DNA of 64,000 nt, from contig CBDDDG010000012.1 in assembly GCA_965226555.1 (NCBI GenBank), forward strand, positions 64,001-128,000. The letters are read 5' to 3'. The stretch comes from Salinispira sp. (GTDB lineage: Bacteria > Spirochaetota > Spirochaetia > DSM-27196 > Salinispiraceae). Every line of letters starts with the position of its first letter. Positions within the stretch are counted from its first letter, which is position 1. The translations under genes and the position numbers were made by a program. The notes below the pieces were generated by a model, which was given only the letters and a program-made list of their open reading frames with translations, searched no databases and had not been told where the DNA came from. Below, piece after piece: positions 1 to 10,532 of the stretch.

Positions 1-294
1 ATCACCCCCAAAACGATATTGTATGAGAATTGAGGTGTACACCATCGGATGGGTATCCGCCTTTTCAGCTTCAATGGTAATGGTGAAATCTTTAAATTCC
101 ACCCGTTTTTTTTCAAGTATGGAAATAACATCCATAGCAGTACAGCCGGCCAGAGCGCTCAGCATGAGCCCCTTTGGCTGCGGCCCCCTGTCTTTGCCGC
201 CGAATTCCTCAGGAGCATCAACAGTAATACTCCTGCCCTGCAGTTCAAGATTAAGCGCCATTCCCTCTATCCACTTTGCGCTGACCCTTGCCAT
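1..294 (-). CDS. OsmC family protein (3' end runs off the window)
   Basis: Manual translation from ATG at 294: MARVSAKWIEGM...DAPEEFGGKDRGPQPKGLMLSALAGCTAMDV, an OsmC/YhfA motif; AGGAGG RBS upstream. Not in the ORF track. Confidence 0.85.
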   Translation of the reverse strand, partial: MARVSAKWIEGMALNLELQGRSITVDAPEEFGGKDRGPQPKGLMLSALAGCTAMDVISILEKKRVEFKDFTITIEAEKADTHPMVYTSILIQYRFGGD

Positions 295-322
295 AAACGC
301 CTCCTGTTCATAGAATATCGTC

Positions 323-378
323 TAGAAACTTTTGCATTGGAAAATTGTGCTTGCACAATTTCCAGTAGCAAAACTTTG
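323..378. repeat. Palindromic REP/MITE-like element (long hairpin type)
   Basis: TAGAAACTTTTGCATTGGAAAATTGTGC-TT-GCACAATTTCCAGTAGCAAAACTTTG; recurs at 14081 (inverted), 49404, 50981 and inside the Rpn insertions. Confidence 0.9.
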
Positions 379-493
379 GTTTATGATAACATGGTTTTAT
401 CCATGTGTACCATGGCGGCCATGGTCATGGCGAATTCAACCATGCAATAGTCGGTCGCTCATAGTATAATGCGTAATAGTTAGGAGGATCACA

Positions 494-1807
494 ATGTCAT
501 CGAAAAAAATGTCATCGAAAAAAATGAATTTATGGGGCGCCGTCGCAATTGGTATTGGCGGAATGGTTGGCGGCGGCATATTTGCTGTTTTAGGTCTTGC
601 GGTGAATTTTGCTCAGGGAGCAACACCAGTTGCATTTTTCATTGCGGGAGTAATTGCGCTGATAACCGGCTATAGTTATTCAAAATTGTCAGTTCATATT
701 CCGAGCCGCGGCGGAACGGTCACGTTTATTGATCAGACCTTTGGCACCTGCCTGTTCAGCGGCGGTATGAATAATCTGCTCTGGATCAGTTACATTGTCA
801 TGCTTTCCCTCTATGCCAGCGCCTTCGGCAGCTATGCCGCCGGTTTGGCACTGAACAATCCGGTTATGGATCCGGTAGTTCTCAAACATGTTTTTATTAC
901 CGCAGTGCTCATTCTTTCTGCTGTCCTGAATTTTGCGAGCGCCAGACTTATTGGAACCGTGGAAACAGTGGTGGTGGTCATTAAATTGAGCATGCTTGCG
1001 TTTTTTATTGTGCTTGGACTGGTTTTTTTACCTGCTAATGCGAATAGCGCCCAGCTTGCTCCCGGAAACTGGGAATCGATTATAAAGATTATTGCGGGCG
1101 GAATGATTATTTTTCTTGCCTATGAAGGATTTGAACTCATTGCCAACACAGCTCTTGATATTAGCGATCCTTCGCGCAACCTCCCCCGCGCGTATTTCAT
1201 TTCAATTATAGTAGTTATTGTTTTGTATATTCTGGTAGCCATTGTGACAGTTGGGAGTCTTCCTTTTCAGCAGATCGCTGAGGCTCAGGACTATGCGCTT
1301 GCTGCGGCAGCCAAGCCCTTCATGGGGGAACTCGGGTACACCTTAATTGCGATAACTGCCCTGCTCTCAACATTTTCTGCCATAAATGCCACGTATTATG
1401 GCGGCAGCAGGGTGAGTGTAACAATTTCGGAAGATGATGAACTGCCGTATGCACTTACCAGAAAGGTCTTCGGTCAGCCGATTGGATTAATTATCACAAC
1501 TGTTTTGGCGCTGCTCTCTGCCAATCTGATGGATCTTGAGAGCATTTCAACCTCAGGCAGCGCCGGGTTTTTGCTTATTTTTGCGGTAGTGAATGCTGCC
1601 AATTATCGGCAGGCAAAGAACATTAAGAGCAACCGCTTTATTGCCATGCTTGGTGTAATTCTTTGTTTAGCTGCTGTATTTGTTTTGATGATTCAGCAGT
1701 TTACGACTAACCTCGTGGGGGCGCTTGTTGTACTCGGCATGGTAATAGGATCGTTTCTTATTGAATTGATATACAAGCGGAAGGAGTACGGGCATGCACA
1801 TGAGTAA
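494..1807 (+). CDS. APC family amino acid permease
   Basis: GIGGMVGGGIF TM1 motif, FLAYEGFE TM6 motif, about 12 hydrophobic segments; GGAGG RBS. Confidence 0.9.
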   Translation: MSSKKMSSKKMNLWGAVAIGIGGMVGGGIFAVLGLAVNFAQGATPVAFFIAGVIALITGYSYSKLSVHIPSRGGTVTFIDQTFGTCLFSGGMNNLLWISYIVMLSLYASAFGSYAAGLALNNPVMDPVVLKHVFITAVLILSAVLNFASARLIGTVETVVVVIKLSMLAFFIVLGLVFLPANANSAQLAPGNWESIIKIIAGGMIIFLAYEGFELIANTALDISDPSRNLPRAYFISIIVVIVLYILVAIVTVGSLPFQQIAEAQDYALAAAAKPFMGELGYTLIAITALLSTFSAINATYYGGSRVSVTISEDDELPYALTRKVFGQPIGLIITTVLALLSANLMDLESISTSGSAGFLLIFAVVNAANYRQAKNIKSNRFIAMLGVILCLAAVFVLMIQQFTTNLVGALVVLGMVIGSFLIELIYKRKEYGHAHE

Positions 1808-2351
1808 CATTGTAACAGTTACATCCGAGGAGCTTGGGGGAAAAAACATTATTTATCTTCAGCGCATTTCTACGCCTCTCGGAGAGATGCATGCCGGAGC
1901 AAGCGATGAAGGACTTTGTCTGCTTGAGTTTATTGAACGCCGTATGCTGAAAACGGAATGCGCCGATCTCCGGAAACGTCTGAAGGCTGAATTTGTTGAT
2001 GCAAGCAATGTTCATATACAGCAGGTCAGGGAAGAGCTGGATGAGTATTTTGATGGGAGACGGAAGATTTTCACTGTGCCGCTTCATACACCGGGAACCA
2101 ATTTTCAACAGCAGGTATGGGAGGCATTGAAGTTGGTTGCGTATGGCAGCACAATGAGTTATTCAGCGCTTGCCGAAGTCATGGGGAATGTTCGCTCAGT
2201 TCGGGCTGCGGCAAACGCTGTGGGTCAGAACCGTATCGGCATTATCATTCCCTGCCATAGAATTATTGGAAAGGACGGAAGCCTTACCGGTTATGGCGGC
2301 GGGCTGCACCGTAAACGCGCTCTTCTCGATCTTGAAAGTGAAAGCCGGTAA
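1800..2351 (+). CDS. ogt: Methylated-DNA--protein-cysteine S-methyltransferase
   Basis: IIPCHRIIG active site, GTNFQQQVW, LTGYGGG. Confidence 0.92.
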   Translation: MSNIVTVTSEELGGKNIIYLQRISTPLGEMHAGASDEGLCLLEFIERRMLKTECADLRKRLKAEFVDASNVHIQQVREELDEYFDGRRKIFTVPLHTPGTNFQQQVWEALKLVAYGSTMSYSALAEVMGNVRSVRAAANAVGQNRIGIIIPCHRIIGKDGSLTGYGGGLHRKRALLDLESESR

Positions 2352-2393
2352 ATCTACCGGAAGGCGGATGAACTATCTGCTTACTCTGATCCT

Positions 2394-3272
2394 TTACTCT
2401 GATTGTTTTATGAGCATATCTCGGTAGAGTTGCTCCCGTTTGTGTAATGTTTCCATCGGCACCTGATATGCCGTTTCCAATTCCTGCCGGGTACAGACAT
2501 CTTCTGTTCTGCCGAGGACAAAATTACCGTCTTTGCGCATGAGGAGCATGTTGTCAGCGTATTTTTGGCAGAGATGAATGTTGTGAGCGGAGAAGTATAC
2601 GTGGCGTTGCCGACTGCGGCAGTAATCTTGAAGGTACTCCATTGCAGCTTCTTTCTGATGCTCTTCCATAGCAAACATCGATTCATCCATAACGATAAGA
2701 GCCGAACCGTAGATAATTGCAAGAGCAATAAGAACCCGCTGCATTTCCCCCTTAGAAAGCTGTTGAAACCTGCGTTCCATGAGGCTGCCAAGATCAAGAA
2801 CCCCTCTGCATTCTTCCATGAGCCCGACATCGGCATTACCATGCAGGCCGAGAGAAAATACGTTTTCCATGAGCTCTGCGACAGAATACCGATTTTCAAA
2901 TTCCATATTCTGATAGATCATGCTTGCCAGAGCATTTCGTTCATGCTCTGCTTTATGTTCTCTCTGCGGATCAGCTGCCGCATCGCGCCATCGGGATGTT
3001 TTCTCATGAAGAAGGCGGATATCTCCGGCAACCGGAAAAAGTCGGGCAGCCGCAAGCAGCAAAAGGGTACTTTTTCCAATACCATTTCCCCCCGCCACAC
3101 TCAAAATACCCCCGGGGAGATCAAGATCAAGCTCCCGGAATATGAAATGAACATCGTCCGCGTTCATTTCCTCCCTGTTGGCAGGAGCATCCGCATTCAC
3201 ATAAAAAAAGGAAACATTTCTGAATTGAACAAGAGGGGAATACGTACTCATGAATAATAGTATATCAGACAT
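2394..3272 (-). CDS. ABC transporter ATP-binding protein
   Basis: Walker A GGNGIGKST, signature LSKGE, Walker B IVMDE. Confidence 0.85.
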   Translation of the reverse strand: MSDILLFMSTYSPLVQFRNVSFFYVNADAPANREEMNADDVHFIFRELDLDLPGGILSVAGGNGIGKSTLLLLAAARLFPVAGDIRLLHEKTSRWRDAAADPQREHKAEHERNALASMIYQNMEFENRYSVAELMENVFSLGLHGNADVGLMEECRGVLDLGSLMERRFQQLSKGEMQRVLIALAIIYGSALIVMDESMFAMEEHQKEAAMEYLQDYCRSRQRHVYFSAHNIHLCQKYADNMLLMRKDGNFVLGRTEDVCTRQELETAYQVPMETLHKREQLYRDMLIKQSE

Positions 3273-3339
3273 ACGCGCCGACAGTGCGCCTATTACGAAA
3301 AATCGGTTATACTACTGAGAAACCACTGGGGAATCATGT

Positions 3340-4503
3340 ATGAACATACATTCGGAGCAATGTGGAAAAACTCAGGCCGGTGAAATAGTGAGATCGTGGA
3401 AACTATCTTCTCCAGAACTATCGTCCTCCGGCGGTATGAGTATTGAACTGCTCGACTACGGTGCGAGCATCCGCTCTGTCCGCTGGCATGATCGTGAGAT
3501 TTGTTGTGCTCTTAATTCACTGGAGGCCTATGAGAGGCAAACTGCCTATATGGGCGCGGTGTGCGGGCGGTTTTCAAACAGAATTGCCAATTCCCGCTTC
3601 ACCCTCAATGGAAAAACACACAATCTTTACCCTAATGATCCGCCGCACAGCCTGCATGGCGGCCGTAAGGGCTTTGCGCGCGCTGTCTGGAACACTGAGC
3701 CCATACATGGCGGAACCGAACATGGCGGAGCCGGACTGCGGTTTTATCGGTATTCTCCTGACGGTGAGGATGGGTATCCGGGAAATCTGCGCGTGGAAGT
3801 GGAGTATCATCTCATTGAAAATCGACACATGGAGGATCAGCGCATTGAGGATCAGCAGGGAGCAATACTTGTTATATATTATCGGGCTAAGTGCGATGCG
3901 CCGACTCCGGTGAACTTGACTAACCATGCCTATTGGAACCTTGAGGGAGAGGATAGGGGGCATATCAATAATCATACATTTACGATTGCCGCAGACAAAT
4001 ATGTTGATGTCGATTCACGCCGTATTCCAACCGGCCTGCTTGCTGACGCTGACGGGCACATGGATTTGAGGAAGGCGGTTTCGCTTAGCGGGCGGTTGGG
4101 AAGCGGTGCCGAACTGCCTGAAGGTTTTGATCATTGTTATGCCGTGAATGCCGATGCGCCTCTGCTGCAACATACCGAGTGGGGATCGGATGTCCTTGAA
4201 AAACTCGACCGGAAACTTGTTCGGTGTGCCCGGAATGCCCGCTGCGCTGCCCGTGCGAGGGTGCCTGAATCGGGTCATTGCATGGAAATTTATACGGATT
4301 ATCCGGGAATTCAGTTTTATACCGGGTGTTTTCTCAATGAAAAAAACGGCAGAAACAATCGGCACTATCAACCCTTCAGCGCCTTCTGTCTTGAAACACA
4401 GTTCTTTCCCGATTCACCAAATCAGAGAGAGTTTCCCAATACCATTCTTCACCCGGGAGAGCTCTATGAAAAAATAACAATTCACCGATTTATGGCGGAT
4501 TGA
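3340..4503 (+). CDS. galM: Aldose 1-epimerase (galactose mutarotase)
   Basis: GRFSNRI, HSLHGG, NLTNHAYWNL, FCLETQFFPDSPN. Confidence 0.92.
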   Translation: MNIHSEQCGKTQAGEIVRSWKLSSPELSSSGGMSIELLDYGASIRSVRWHDREICCALNSLEAYERQTAYMGAVCGRFSNRIANSRFTLNGKTHNLYPNDPPHSLHGGRKGFARAVWNTEPIHGGTEHGGAGLRFYRYSPDGEDGYPGNLRVEVEYHLIENRHMEDQRIEDQQGAILVIYYRAKCDAPTPVNLTNHAYWNLEGEDRGHINNHTFTIAADKYVDVDSRRIPTGLLADADGHMDLRKAVSLSGRLGSGAELPEGFDHCYAVNADAPLLQHTEWGSDVLEKLDRKLVRCARNARCAARARVPESGHCMEIYTDYPGIQFYTGCFLNEKNGRNNRHYQPFSAFCLETQFFPDSPNQREFPNTILHPGELYEKITIHRFMAD

Positions 4504-4541
4504 CAGAGCCGCAAAACATTCTTTTCCGGCATGAGGCATAA

Positions 4542-4814
4542 TTATTGCTGTGTGAAAAGTACCAGTATGGTAATCATAACCGGGAAGATAAGAGCAAGTA
4601 GCCAGAATATGTGGCGAATGGATTTCGTTATATCTTCTCGCAGTGCCTGCATATCTGCTCGCAACACCTGCATATCTTTTTTTAGGAGTTGAATATCCTG
4701 TTTTGTTGCGAGTTCTTCGTTTTGCTGCGCAATGACATGTACCAGCACTTCCGACTGCTTGCGGGAGAAGCCGTTTTCCTGCAGTGTGTTTGATGCTGTG
4801 AGTGTATCAATCAT
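4542..4814 (-). CDS. Small coiled-coil protein with C-terminal TM helix (DUF1640/CCDC90/Bdr-like)
   Basis: DTL..L..GF...Q.E and LATKQDI motifs, heptad repeats, hydrophobic C-terminus. Confidence 0.7.
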   Translation of the reverse strand: MIDTLTASNTLQENGFSRKQSEVLVHVIAQQNEELATKQDIQLLKKDMQVLRADMQALREDITKSIRHIFWLLALIFPVMITILVLFTQQ

Positions 4815-4968
4815 GCTTATAATATAGGAAGATGAAAGATAAATGTCAATATCACTGCAAAAATTTTCAGTGAGTATCCATATTGTTGTTTTATTTACCC
4901 GGATACCCTTTCTGATTTTTTCTTCGGCGGATGGTGAATTTCTCCCGAAAGTTGAAGCTCATGTTGCA

Positions 4969-6430
4969 CAGAACTTCCCCAACAAGTTTTTTTCAGACCA
5001 TTGCAGGAATTCTCATACACATTTATGATCTACTATGGGAGGGGGACTATGTGTTCTCAGAAAAAAAGTGTTGCCCGAACCTTTATTCAAAGGCTCGGAC
5101 AGATGCTGAAAACAACCAATTTAACCGACCCTCGGAAACGACCGGTTGTTCAGCTATCACAAATAATGGCTCTCATTATATCGATGCCATTATTTTCATG
5201 CAAGAGTCTGTTTGATCTCGATTATCTGGCTCGGAATAAACATGTTCGGAAGTTACTCGGCAGCAAACGGTATATGGTCGGTTCCGACAGCACCATACAA
5301 CGGGTGATTTCTCAGATCATACCGGATGAAGTGACGACGATGGTGGGAACCAGTATGAAGTTGTCAGTGAGTGACACTGAAGAATCGTGTTATTTGGACA
5401 CGGGAGTTCATCGGAGTATTGGTATTGTCGATGGCACCTGTGTCTTCGGGAGCGTCTGGTTCACCGTGCTGGCGCGACCGACAAAGACAGGAACGTATGC
5501 GCAGGTTGTGAGACCGATGAAGGGCAGAGGGCACGAACTGCGCGGGTCTGAAGAAATGCTTTTGAGGGAAGGAGATACCCTGCCGCAATTGTTAAGTTTC
5601 GATGGGCTCTATCTGTGTGAGCCCTTTCTTCATCTGATCTGCGCAAAATTAAAGCGTCATATTCTGGTGAAATTTCGTTCGGTAAAGCGGGATGGCACTC
5701 CGCGGAAACATGAGCGGTTGCTCCTTGATCGCGCAGCCCGCTATATGGAACATCAGGGGTTCTATAGTGATGCAGTCCAAACCGCGAGCGGGTATGATTA
5801 TCAACGATCAACGAGTTACCAGATTGAGGCAGTGCCTGACGAATGGCATGGTGTGCCGGTGCTGGTGCTGCGGGTCACTGAAGGGAAGGAGACGTTCTGG
5901 GTAATTACGAGTGATGTACATCTGTCATTGCCTGCTGCGCGGGAAGCTGCGCATCTACGGTGGAGCATAGAAAATGATGAGTTTAAGCGCATGTCGTATC
6001 TTACCGGCACCAAGAGAGTGCGGACGCATAACAAGATCGCCGCTGTGTGTTTGTTGTGCTGCATTGCCATGGGGGTCAATTTTCTCACCAGTATCAACCA
6101 TGTGCTGGCGAGCGTCGTAACAAAAACGCTTCCTGTTAAGCGAACATGGAAAATAACAGGGCAGTGGATATGGAAAGGAATGAAATGGCAGATTCGCATA
6201 GGAGGGATGTCTGTGTTGAGCTAAGTAGTGAACAATCGGTCGTTTTCGAGGGCAGTCTACCGAGTTGATTTCTTACATATCACTAACACACAATCAACGC
6301 AGACCAGCGGTTCTGCGGCGGGGGTGGTCTATGCGCCCGGTATTCCCGCCACATACTCACTGCTCAAGGGCAAAATCTCCCTCCATTATTCTGTCAAAAT
6401 CCCGTCAAAAAAATTGTTGGGGAAGTTCTG
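4969..6430 (+). mobile_element. Insertion sequence, 1462 bp, IS4/ISAs1-like DDE superfamily
   Basis: Left end CAGAACTTCCCCAACAAGTTTTTT and right end AAAAAATTGTTGGGGAAGTTCTG form TIRs; 9-bp direct repeat CATGTTGCA at 4960-4968 and 6431-6439. Confidence 0.93.
5001..6224 (+). CDS. DDE transposase (start may be a downstream ATG)
   Basis: GIVDGT, SFDGLY and RWSIENDEFK catalytic motifs; lies between the TIRs. Confidence 0.88.
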   Translation: MQEFSYTFMIYYGRGTMCSQKKSVARTFIQRLGQMLKTTNLTDPRKRPVVQLSQIMALIISMPLFSCKSLFDLDYLARNKHVRKLLGSKRYMVGSDSTIQRVISQIIPDEVTTMVGTSMKLSVSDTEESCYLDTGVHRSIGIVDGTCVFGSVWFTVLARPTKTGTYAQVVRPMKGRGHELRGSEEMLLREGDTLPQLLSFDGLYLCEPFLHLICAKLKRHILVKFRSVKRDGTPRKHERLLLDRAARYMEHQGFYSDAVQTASGYDYQRSTSYQIEAVPDEWHGVPVLVLRVTEGKETFWVITSDVHLSLPAAREAAHLRWSIENDEFKRMSYLTGTKRVRTHNKIAAVCLLCCIAMGVNFLTSINHVLASVVTKTLPVKRTWKITGQWIWKGMKWQIRIGGMSVLS

Positions 6431-6519
6431 CATGTTGCAATAACCGTATTGCTTTTAGCAAAGTATTTTGGTAAAATAGTCAGGGTGCCATATCAATTTA
6501 CATGTCAGAATAAAGGAAG

Positions 6520-7302
6520 ATGCCAGTGGAAAATACTGTGTCAGTGACGCGTACAACAGAATGTCTCATTGATCCGGGAATTGAAACAAAAAATACCCTT
6601 CGCCTCAATGTGTTTTCTTCTCAACGGGAGATGAATCAGCCCGATGTTGTTCTCCCGAAGGAATTGAAACTGAATACGCGGCTAAAAATGGATGGGGTGC
6701 AGTTTCTTGCCATGTTGCCCCAAAATAGTTTTACGGTATGTTTTTTCGATCCCCAATATCGGGGCGTGCTGGATCATCTCGGCTACGGCAATGAGGGAAA
6801 AAGCAGAGGGAAGGAACGCTGCGCATTGCGGCAGATGGACATAAGTACCATTCGCAATTTTATTTCGAAAATTAACTCCATTCTCATACCTTCCGGTCAT
6901 GTGTTTTTGTGGATGGACAAATTTCACCTGTGCCAAGGCAGTGTTCGGGAGTGGATTGACGGAACCACGTTGGATATTGTAGATATGCTGGTGTGGAATA
7001 AACAACGCATGGGCATGGGGTATAGAACCAGAAGAGTATCGGAATACCTTGTTATTTTGCAGAAACGCCCGAAACGGGCGAAGGGAGTATGGAAGGTTCA
7101 CACTATTCGTGATGTCTGGGAAGAAAAACTGACAAAGAACGGACATACACATAGGAAACCGGAGAATCTGCAGGGGGAATTGATAGCAGCAGTGAGTAAT
7201 GAGGGCGATATTATCATTGACCCTGCCGCTGGATCCTTTTCGGTTATGGAATCGGCGCAGGCGCGGCGGCGGCGTTTTTTAGGATGCGATTTGAACGGAT
7301 AA
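6520..7302 (+). CDS. N6-adenine/N4-cytosine DNA methyltransferase (beta-type motif order)
   Basis: Catalytic FFDPQY, HRKP, and SAM-binding IIDPAAGS near the C-terminus. Confidence 0.88.
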   Translation: MPVENTVSVTRTTECLIDPGIETKNTLRLNVFSSQREMNQPDVVLPKELKLNTRLKMDGVQFLAMLPQNSFTVCFFDPQYRGVLDHLGYGNEGKSRGKERCALRQMDISTIRNFISKINSILIPSGHVFLWMDKFHLCQGSVREWIDGTTLDIVDMLVWNKQRMGMGYRTRRVSEYLVILQKRPKRAKGVWKVHTIRDVWEEKLTKNGHTHRKPENLQGELIAAVSNEGDIIIDPAAGSFSVMESAQARRRRFLGCDLNG

Positions 7303-7977
7303 ATGGCGCGAATTGAAAATAGTACGGTTAAAGAGAGTTCAGGGGGATATCAGCGAATATTCGGAAATAAGGCATTGGGTGTTCTCATAAGCAGAATCCA
7401 GTCAACAGTTATATCTGCAGGATCTGAATTAGAGCGGATAATTCTTGACAGAGTGAATACCATTGATAATTTAAAATTGTTTCTTGAAAAACCGATTATG
7501 CCTGAAGGTGTTTTTGTGGCAAATAAGAAAGAAGTAAGAAATTGTCCGATATTGGATCATAGCTATGCATCCGAGCCTGATTTTGTTGTTTTCCGCCGCC
7601 GCGGAAATAAGCAATCGTGTCATGTTATTGAATTAAAAGATGGTCATATCTTTGATACAAAAAAAGCCAGAATCGAACACAGAACCATACGCAACTTTAT
7701 TGAACGAAACGGACCTCGAATACAATATACAGTAAATGGTTATATTTGTTGTTTTAATCAGGATGACCCTGAAGCTATTGTTGCGGGCTTTAAGAATCAG
7801 ATATCGGCAGACGAGGCGTTAACAGGGCGACAATTTTGTAAACTATTAGCGATAGACTATGATAAGATTGTACATGAACGAAAAAAGGATCAATCGAAAA
7901 ATGTAAATTTCTTTGTTAAGGAATTATTAAAGATACCTGCCATCAGGAATCGCATTGAGAAAAATTTGGGTGGATAA
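7303..7977 (+). CDS. Putative type II restriction endonuclease
   Basis: PD...ELK motif (EPDFVV...VIELKDG); starts directly after the MTase stop; AT-rich. Confidence 0.72.
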   Translation: MARIENSTVKESSGGYQRIFGNKALGVLISRIQSTVISAGSELERIILDRVNTIDNLKLFLEKPIMPEGVFVANKKEVRNCPILDHSYASEPDFVVFRRRGNKQSCHVIELKDGHIFDTKKARIEHRTIRNFIERNGPRIQYTVNGYICCFNQDDPEAIVAGFKNQISADEALTGRQFCKLLAIDYDKIVHERKKDQSKNVNFFVKELLKIPAIRNRIEKNLGG

Positions 7978-7986
7978 AATACCCCA

Positions 7987-8622
7987 TTACGGTATTGGAA
8001 AGTCATCAACAGTGCGGATAATAGTAGCCGCGCCGCATTTTTCAAGAACTTCATGATCCCTGTATCCCCAACTGACTCCCAGAAATTCTACCCCGGCCCG
8101 CCGCGCGGTTTCCATGTCCACTTCAGAATCTCCAACAAACAGGGCGTCATTGGCAGTAACATTCTGATTTTTGAGCATTTCCTGTAATGTTGCCGGATCG
8201 GGTTTCGGCATCCGCCCGGGCAATAGACCGAGAGAGGATGAAAAGAGTCCGGGGAAGAAGTGTTCAGTAATTATGTGTACCAGCGCATCATCTTTATTAC
8301 TCAGTAATCCCAGCAGTATCCCCCTTTTCTTAAGCCTGTTGAGGAGTTCTGGAATGCCGGGGTAGGGGCTGCTGAGCTGTACGGGGCGGCGGCGATAGTA
8401 ATTGTTGAGTGTATTAATAATGGATCGGCGCTGTTCGGGAGCAGTATCCGGCGGTACTGAGTCGGTAACGAGTTGGGAAAGCCCATTTCCGACCCTGAGG
8501 CGGATATCGTTCAGGCTGCAGAGTGAAAATCCGTGTTCCTTCAGGGCATGGTTGAGTGCCGCTGCAATATCCTGAAGGGTATACAGAAGAGTTCCATCCA
8601 GATCAAATACAATTGCTTTCAT
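7987..8622 (-). CDS. HAD family hydrolase (phosphoglycolate phosphatase-like)
   Basis: FDLDGTL, LSNK, KPDP, VGDSEVD. Confidence 0.9.
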   Translation of the reverse strand: MKAIVFDLDGTLLYTLQDIAAALNHALKEHGFSLCSLNDIRLRVGNGLSQLVTDSVPPDTAPEQRRSIINTLNNYYRRRPVQLSSPYPGIPELLNRLKKRGILLGLLSNKDDALVHIITEHFFPGLFSSSLGLLPGRMPKPDPATLQEMLKNQNVTANDALFVGDSEVDMETARRAGVEFLGVSWGYRDHEVLEKCGAATIIRTVDDFPIP

Positions 8623-8661
8623 AGAGATTATTCCAAGATACTATGATACATTACCCGAGTT

Positions 8662-10515
8662 ATGCAACCACGGGATAAAATTGCGCTGCTTCGCAATGAA
8701 CTGCGGCAAAGAACGGCCTTTGCTGTTATATTTCTCACCGCGGATCCTCATATTTCCGAATATGTTGCCCCGCGGTGGAAGGTGCGGGAGTGGTTGTCAG
8801 GATTTTGCGGATCTGCGGGTACACTGGTAGTAACCCGGCAGAGTGCTGCATTGTGGACCGATTACCGCTATTTTCTGGAAGCTGCTGAGGCGCTGGAGGG
8901 CAGTTCCATCATGCTCATGAAAATGGAAATGCCTGAAACCCCTGTTATTGAAGCGTGGATTGCATCTGAATTCGAAAAATGGAGAGAGACTGATGCCGAA
9001 ATTCTTGTTGATGGAGAATGTTTTGCTTTCAATCAGTTTCGGAAGAGAGCAGGGGAGTTTGAAAAATATGGATTCTCCCTGAATGTGACAGATGGACTCG
9101 TTGACACTATCTGGAGAGACAGACCCCCAATGCCGACAGCCCCAATGTATGAAATTTCTGCCGCAGTGACCGGTGAAACGCGCGAGGAACGCATCACTTT
9201 TTTACGTGAACTTTTTCCCACGCTGAAAATCAATTCCTTTTTGCTCACTGCCCTAGATGAAATTGCCTGGATTTTAAACCTGCGCGGTAGCGATGTTGAG
9301 TATAATCCGGTATTCTATGCATATCTACTTGTTAATGAAAGTGATGCGGTGCTTTTTACGCATTGTGCTGAACTGCCTGAACCGCTGCGTCAGAAACTTG
9401 CGGATGGGGGGGTAGGTTTGGCTGAGTATGAAGAAATTGAGTCCGTTCTGAAAACATCGGACGGTATAATCGGCGCTGATGCCGATACACTCAACGTGAA
9501 AATTGCCAGCAACCCCCGCGCCGCCGCCAACGACCCCGCTGCCGCCAGCCCCCGCGCCGCCGCCAACCCCAGCAACCCCGCTCCCATCACCCAAAAAAAC
9601 AACATCACACTCATTCCATCACCAATAAAAATGCGAAAGGCAAGAAAAACCACGGAAGAGCTTGCTTCCCTGCGCAATGTCATGAAAAAAGATGGGCTTG
9701 CCATGGTAACACTACTTCACTGGCTGGAGCAGGCAGTAGAAAATAATGAAAAAATTAGTGAACTGACAGTTTTTACCCGCATTGAAGAGTGCCGCGCCGA
9801 GCAGGAGGGCTTTATCGGCAGCAGCTTTACCTCCATTGTCGGTTTTCGGGAACATGGAGCAATCATACATTACGTGGTGAATGAGAATAGTAACAAACCC
9901 ATTGAAAAAGACGGTCTTCTGCTCATTGACAGCGGCGGGCAGTATCGGAACGGTACAACCGACATTACCCGAACAGTTCCTGTCGGCAGGGTTGCTGAGA
10001 ACATCCGTATGCAGTATACCCTTGTGCTGAAAGGACATATATCCCTCGCCCGGGCCATTTTCCCTGAGGGAACTACCGGCGCTCATCTGGACAGCTTTGC
10101 CCGCCGGGCGCTGTGGGAACATGGGCTTAATTATAGCCACGGCACCGGTCACGGAGTGGGCTTTGCGCTCAATGTACATGAGGGTCCCCAGAACATCAGC
10201 TTTCATCGACATGCCGTTATACTTGAACCCGGCATGGTCTGTTCCAATGAGCCGGGGTATTATCAGGATACCTCACATGGAATCCGTATTGAAAACCTTA
10301 TTGCCGTTGAATGCCATCCTCAGTATCGGGGTTTTCTTCGTTTTGAAACACTTTCACTCTGTCCGCTGGAATTGAATCTTGTAAAAACCGAATTACTTTC
10401 GGCTGAAGAAAGAGAATGGATCAATACGTATCATGGTCTGGTATATGAAAGTCTTTCACCGCTTCTGAATACCTCACTCAGACTCTGGCTTGAACAAAAA
10501 ACACGAACACTGTAG
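8662..10515 (+). CDS. Aminopeptidase P (Xaa-Pro aminopeptidase)
   Basis: DSGGQY, GTTDITRT, HGTGHGVG, VHEGP, NEPGYY, GIRIEN. Confidence 0.93.
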   Translation: MQPRDKIALLRNELRQRTAFAVIFLTADPHISEYVAPRWKVREWLSGFCGSAGTLVVTRQSAALWTDYRYFLEAAEALEGSSIMLMKMEMPETPVIEAWIASEFEKWRETDAEILVDGECFAFNQFRKRAGEFEKYGFSLNVTDGLVDTIWRDRPPMPTAPMYEISAAVTGETREERITFLRELFPTLKINSFLLTALDEIAWILNLRGSDVEYNPVFYAYLLVNESDAVLFTHCAELPEPLRQKLADGGVGLAEYEEIESVLKTSDGIIGADADTLNVKIASNPRAAANDPAAASPRAAANPSNPAPITQKNNITLIPSPIKMRKARKTTEELASLRNVMKKDGLAMVTLLHWLEQAVENNEKISELTVFTRIEECRAEQEGFIGSSFTSIVGFREHGAIIHYVVNENSNKPIEKDGLLLIDSGGQYRNGTTDITRTVPVGRVAENIRMQYTLVLKGHISLARAIFPEGTTGAHLDSFARRALWEHGLNYSHGTGHGVGFALNVHEGPQNISFHRHAVILEPGMVCSNEPGYYQDTSHGIRIENLIAVECHPQYRGFLRFETLSLCPLELNLVKTELLSAEEREWINTYHGLVYESLSPLLNTSLRLWLEQKTRTL

Positions 10516-10532
10516 GCTTCCGAGGAGAAATA

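Noticed and set aside
409..448. CCATGG-rich motif similar to 26385-26412
   Set aside because: Short, low-complexity, only two copies; no function supportable.
49..450. Plus-strand ORFs at the window start
   Set aside because: They overlap the minus-strand OsmC gene and read through a hairpin repeat.
4969..6430. This IS as the mobiliser of the hairpin elements
   Set aside because: Its TIRs and 9-bp DR do not match the element ends or their TA/TNA junctions.
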